DNA of 26,817 bases from Octopus sinensis. Taxonomy: Eukaryota. The DNA lies in NCBI RefSeq assembly GCF_006345805.1, contig NW_021836348.1:1-26817 (forward strand). The letters run 5' to 3'. The notes under the pieces were generated by a model. That model was not told where the DNA came from. It made no database searches and was given only the letters and a program-made list of their open reading frames with translations. Numbering within the stretch: position 1 is the first letter of the stretch; the number at the start of each line of letters is the position of its first letter. Shown piece after piece: positions 20,895-26,817 of the stretch. Made by a program: the position numbers and the translations under genes.

Positions 20895-22505
20895 CAGTTG
20901 CGACCAAAATGTTCAGAACGGCGTTGTTTTTGTCAGAAAAGTAGATATAAGTTTTTATCAAAGTTGTTATATATTCTATAATTTTCAACGACAATAAACA
21001 CGATATTAATTGGTATTGTCTGAGATTTTGGTGTAATTTGAGAGAATAATACAAAAGTTATGAATGATATAGTGATTTACTGCAAAACGCATGGTGGCCA
21101 AAATGATCAAAACGGTTGAAGAAATAACAAAATAATCAAAAACTGACAGAGAATGCTGGAATTATTTCATATTTAGTGTGAAGCCCTTTAGCTTCAATCA
21201 AAGTTTGACATTTTCGACTGCATGGGGAAATTAAATTTTCAATTTCTTGCTGGGTGATCTTATTCCATTCTTCCTAAAGGGCATTCCATAATTGCTCGGT
21301 TGTTTTAGGATTTCTGGATTTCAAACGTTCTCCGAGAATATTCCACACATTTTCAATAGGAATGAGATCTGGGCTTTGAGCAGGCCAATCGATAACAATA
21401 ACCTTTTCAGCCTTGAGGAAGTTCATGACCACCTTAGCCTTGTGACATGGGGCATTGTCTTGCATGAATATGGGTGGTCGCTTAGTTGAATTTCTCAGCA
21501 CAAGCAAGACATGATCTTTTACAAGTTGTTTATAAACTCCTGCATTTACCTTTCCATGTAATCGCACCAAAGTTCCCACAACATCTCCAGATATCATCCC
21601 CCAAACCATGTCACTTCCTCCACCGAATTTAACACTAGTCTTAAGGCATTTAGGTGACAATTTTTCACCTGCTTTCGACGAACGTACCTTTCCCATCTGA
21701 GCCAAATAACATAGACTAGATTCATCACTGAAATGCACCGTTTGCCATTTTTCTTGAGACCACAACACATGTTCGGTTGCAAAGGTAAGACGACACTTTT
21801 TATTCTTGGAGCTGATCAGTGACTTCACTGCAGGTGCTCTTGCTTGTAGGTCATGTTCACTAAGGGACGAGACAAGTTTTTCGAGATAAAGTTTACTTCA
21901 GTACAATGCTCATTTCCCGAGAAACAGCAGCAGCACAGTTTTAAATCGTCCTTTTTAACCAACTTACCATAGCACGATCTTCTCTCTTGATCGTTTCTTG
22001 GCCTACCTGTAGATTCTTGCTTCACACGAACCACAATCATCGTAGACCTTAAGAATACCGTGAACAACATTTTTTGGACGTGTTAACAATCTTTGCAATT
22101 TAATACTTAAATTATCCTTCTTTCGAAGCTTAATAATCTGCTGACGAATTGGTAACGGAGTAAGTTATATTAACAAAGTACACTGCAGATATTCTTACTA
22201 ATGTTTAGTAAACGAACTGTCACGTAAACAAATTCAAAACATTAGAGTTCGACGGTTAAATATACTAAAACATGGAGTAAAAGCAACCGTTCTGATCATA
22301 TTGGCCGCCATGGGTTTTGCAGTAAATCACTAAATCATCAATAACTTTTGTATTATCCTCTCAAATTACACCAAAAGCTCAGACAATAACAAATAATGTA
22401 GTATTTATTGTCTATGAAAATTATAGAATATAAACAACTTGATAAAAAATTTAACCTCCTTTTCTGACGAAAACAACGCCGTTCTGAACATTTTGGCCGC
22501 AACTA
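20895..22505 (-). mobile_element. Full-length (1611-bp) Tc1-family DNA transposon with long IR-DR terminal inverted repeats
   Basis: TIRs at 20895-21118 and 22284-22505; the first 46 nt differ at 3 positions. TA lies immediately left (20893-20894) and the right flank is TA-rich. An internal transposase relic is present. Confidence 0.93.
21166..22170 (-). pseudogene. Tc1 DD34E transposase, inactivated by frameshifts and a nonsense codon at 21274
   Basis: N-terminal IRQQIIKLRK..IAKIVN..TGRPR. Catalytic region HFSDES..KFGGGSDMVWGMIS..FMQDNAPCH-(34 aa)-E in WPAQSPDLIPIENVW. C-terminal EEWNKI..EAKGLHTKY. Confidence 0.92.
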
Positions 22506-23069
22506 TTATATATATATCTATATATATATATATATATAATATATATATATATAATATATACATATATATATATGTATATTTATATGTATAATATATGATG
22601 TAATATGTATGTATATATATGTATGTATATGTATGTATATATATATAAATAAATATATATATATATGTATATGTATACATATGTATATGTAGTATATGTA
22701 TGTATATATATATATATACATATATTTAAAGCTGCATCAACGCAAAACAGTGGCTAGCAATAAACGACCTTTAGGCTAGTGAAAATATGTGACATATTTC
22801 AACATCTAAAGGCAAAATCGCAACAGGGAACATGGAGAAAAATCGATCTCTTATGGTAAAAGGTGTAAAAACATGATATCTGCCCGCCTTGTAGCTACTG
22901 TGTAGGGTGATCTCTCTTCGTCATTTCCCATTCAGGACTGCTACAGAGCAGGTTGGGTGTTTTTACACTTTTTAATATGTGAGATAATTTTTTACTCTAC
23001 GGTAACCGCAGTGAATTTGACTTTAAATGTTAAAATATGGTATAAAAATATTGTGACTAGCCTAAAGTT

Positions 23070-23106
<37 letters not shown>

Positions 23107-24786
23107 ACTCTCTCAATACCTCTATTCTCTCCCCCTCTTTTTCTTTCGTTGTAGCTAGCTAACTTGCTTTCTATATTCATATATGTACATACATATATCT
23201 TCATATTTATTAATTTACAAATGTATAAGTGTGTATATACAAACATGCATATACGCACGCACGCGCACATATGCATACACACACATACACTCACACAAAC
23301 ACACACACGTTTATATATACACATATATCAACAAACAAACATTATATACATAGACATACGCTTATTTTGTGTGTTACATGTGAAGTCTACAGACCTGTCA
23401 TCACTATGCCGTTCATCTGTTGTTGCACCTGAATAACAATTTAAAAGAGTTAAGCAAACCCCTTGGAATAATAATTACATTCATCGTTTTGGTGCCCTTT
23501 TTATTCTCCCTCATCACTACACAAATTTATATTCTATAAAGTTTCTTCATGTTATGCTAATCCGTTTCCGATTCATTTCTCTTCATTATTTCCATATAAT
23601 AAAACTTTCTCCAAAGACCTTTTATAGAAAATACTTTGTTCTTTGTATCAGATTTATCGTTGTTTTCGTTTTTCGTAATGAGAACTAATCATTTATATTT
23701 ATTTGTTAATTATCGTCTTTTTGTAAATGATACATTGTCAAGGCGCGGAGTTTAAATTATTCACATTAACGGGTTCATCACTGTTCTTTAAATAATATCA
23801 ATCAGCTTATGTCTTTGAGAGGTGTAAAAGACATTTACATTTCGTAGTAAATTAGCTTAAAACAAAACAAACCATTGAACTTTCTATAATAGAGAATATA
23901 ACAATGGCTTAACGATTTCTGAAAACATTTTCTAAACACTTGAAACGGTATTACGATCATCAACAGCAGTATCAACAATGATGATGATGATGGCGGTTCT
24001 TCCTGTCCCAGGACATGGAGAAGAGAAGCAAACACTTCTGTGGCTACGTAAACCGATCCTTGAGTGACAGATTCTGGGTCACTCGTTTAAATATTTCGGC
24101 TTTGGTCAGATGGAAATTGCGACGATGACGCTCAGTTTTTGGCGTTTTTCGTCAGCCGCAGTTGCTCTGACCTTCTCGAAGTTGCTCGTAACAGTCTGCA
24201 AAATTATTTATAAAACTGTGAGAAATAATAGCTAAACCTCTTTCAACCTGCAAGCTTTCAATTTAGAAAAAAAAGTTAAGACACATTATATAATATAATA
24301 AACTAAATGCGTAATAGGTTATAAAAAACAGAATGGTCAGAGCGCAAACTAAGACTTTCATGTTATGTTTTTCTCTCTTTTGGACAGTTTTGAGGAGAAA
24401 CTGATGATGATGATGATGAAAATGAATGAATAAATAAAGAAGTAATAATAATAATAATAATATTAATAATAATAATAATAATGATATTATTTTTATTAGC
24501 CATAAGGGCCCAATTGTTACTAAGGGTACAAAGGAAGAAAAAAACTGGATAACAGCGAACAAGAAATAATGGACGTTTTACATGGAGTAAATGTGTGAGA
24601 TCAATGATAAGAATAAAGAATAAAGAAAAAAAAACTGAAATCAGGATGAATGAAAGAAAAACAACAATACAAAGACACACAGACACATAACACATGCAGA
24701 AGCACACACACACAGAAACAAACTCGTACACAGAGAAACATACACGTACACAAACACGCACAAACGTACGCATAGAAGAACGCACG

Positions 24787-24826
<40 letters not shown>

Positions 24827-24975
24827 ATACGTGGAACTTCCCAAAACTTGGCTTTTCAAAGACATTTTAGAACACAGCATGAAAACTGGTTTTAACGCGT
24901 AACTCTCCACGTCGAGAAAACCTGCCATTTTAAGACAATCGGAATAACATAAAAAATCATTGGAAACGTTACCGA

Positions 24976-25100
24976 GAAGAAGAAGAAGAAGAAGAAGAAG
25001 AAGAAGAAGAAGAAGAAGAAGAAGAAGAAGAAGAAGAAGAAGAAGAAGAAGAAGAAGAAGAAGAAGAAGAAGGAGAAGAAGAAGGAGAAGAAGAAGAAGA
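24976..25100. repeat. (GAA)n microsatellite
   Basis: Directly visible. Confidence 0.97.
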
Positions 25101-25432
25101 AAAAAAACAGAACACGAAGGTATGTAAGACTGGCGTACCGATTCTAACGTGTCTTCCAGCAAATAATGGTATTCTCTGCTGTGATTTAGCAGCAGACCAT
25201 GCTTTCACGACCCCCCCCCATTCCTGTGTCCACCCCTCTTTTTTCTAGTTCTCCTTCAGTACCTTTCTTTCTTTCTTCCTTCCTTTCTTTCTGTCTTTCT
25301 TTCTTTCTTTCTTTCTATCTATATTTAACTCTCTCTCACACTCTAATTCTACGTGTGCCTTGTGAATATGTATATATACATATATACATATATGTATGTA
25401 TATATATATATTCATAAATATATCCGTATATG

Positions 25433-25464
<32 letters not shown>

Positions 25465-26817
25465 TATATAATACACATATATATATATCTATATATATAT
25501 ATAACATATATATATACATATATATACATACATCATACATACATACATACATGTATATGCATATATATACACGTCCAGTTGATACGTAAAAATATCATAC
25601 ATATATATATATAATACCTCCACCACCACCACACACACACACTCACACACACATATCGTTTGGAAATATGAGAGATATATAGAGAGGAAAGGTAGATGCA
25701 GAGGAAAAATAAAAGTATAATACTCATACACAGACACACACACACACACATACACGTAAACTCTCTTTCTCTTGCTCTCTCTTGCTCTCTCTTCCCTACC
25801 CACAATCCTTACTTCGCTTCTGTAACTTCGACAGAACCACATATATTTTGTGCTTTAGCGAAAGGACATGGACATTCTTTTTCCATCTCTTCTTTATTCA
25901 TCCCCAACGTTTCGTCGCCATCTTACATTCCCTTCTCCTTCTGCTCCTTCGCGTACTTCTTCTGTCTCTAACGTAAGAAAGATCTTTGAGATGCCAGATA
26001 ACGCAATGGATTTCTCAATGTGTGTTGCCGGAGGATGTAATAATGATAGGTGATCAAGTCGACCCTTCTATACAGCCACACAATTAAACAGATCGAAATA
26101 CAATCGCCACTATTGCAGATCACGCATGCGCATGAACGCTTTCTTACTTTCGTGTTGGCATGTCTTTGTTCCTTTCTGTTGCTTATTTATTGTTTGTGTT
26201 TTTGTATGGTCTGTTTGCTTTTGTTTCCTGATTTTTTTTTTTGCTCTCTTTTTGTTTTCGTTTTGTCTTTCTTTTTTCTTTTCGATTATCTTCTGCAATA
26301 TATAGAATATATAATTAATTGGCTGTTTCAGCTTCTGACGTCATATAGGAAGAGAGAACAGAAACGTACCAGAAATAACTATGTATGTATACATATATAT
26401 ACACAGAACCATACATACAAATGTACTTTCATATATACATATGTATGCCCGTGTGTGTGTGTATGGTCAGGACGCATACAAATATATAAATGAATGAATA
26501 AGTAAATAAATGAATGAATAAAGAAGGAAAGAAAAAAAGAAAGAAAGGTTTTTGTGTCGGCAGCAATGGCTGCCTGACTAACAATCAAGTTAGTTGCACG
26601 AAAGTCTAGGAATAGTTTTTCTACTCCGAGTTGACACATAAAGACTTCAGAAACAGCACAACTCTAATAGAAAGTAGAATGGGAGACTTTTTCATGGGTT
26701 TTTGTACGAACAAAAAATACCGCCCTAAAGATATACGTACTTACATATACACGCTTATATAGACAAGCTTATATATAAGTAACCAACACATACACATATA
26801 TACACATAAAAAAAACA

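Noticed and set aside
25990-26053. Peptide MCVAGGCNN resembling a THAP zinc-finger start (C-x4-C)
   Set aside because: A stop follows two codons later, and no downstream C-xx-H, P/W or AVP motif is visible in any frame.
2338-26639. Many long ORFs with poly-L, S, V, Y, I, or YI/CV/HT dipeptide runs
   Set aside because: They are translations of tri-, di- and tetranucleotide microsatellites lacking stop codons, with no splice or domain evidence.
1-26817. CRISPR arrays, rRNA, stand-alone tRNA genes, prokaryotic operon-like systems
   Set aside because: There is no repeat-spacer periodicity or rRNA-like segment. tRNA-like boxes occur only as SINE heads, and the sequence is eukaryotic repeat-rich DNA.

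Overview
AT-rich, microsatellite-saturated eukaryotic DNA. It is most likely an intronic or intergenic region of an octopus (coleoid cephalopod) genome, judged from tRNA-derived SINEs resembling the octopus OK and OR families. No intact host gene can be supported. Most long ORFs in the track are translations of simple repeats. The real coding signal is all transposon-derived: a 5'-truncated 2.8-kb CR1/L2-group LINE (endonuclease plus RT; open ORF 7162-8433), a second CR1 3' fragment, three R4/Dong-clade fragments, a Penelope-like GIY-YIG fragment, a full-length Tc1 (DD34E) element with ~220-bp IR-DR terminal repeats, and a second Tc1-like 5' fragment. The best observations are: (1) the OK-type SINE and the CR1/L2 LINE share a 3' tail with a compensatorily varied stem-loop, which suggests a SINE-LINE partner pair; (2) a repeated architecture of (TAA)n-associated elements abutting OR-type SINE tails; (3) a minimal hammerhead ribozyme remnant; (4) frameshifts that are mostly homopolymer-shortening deletions, suggesting assembly error rather than decay. 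All calls are from reading the sequence by eye, without database searches, and element boundaries are approximate.
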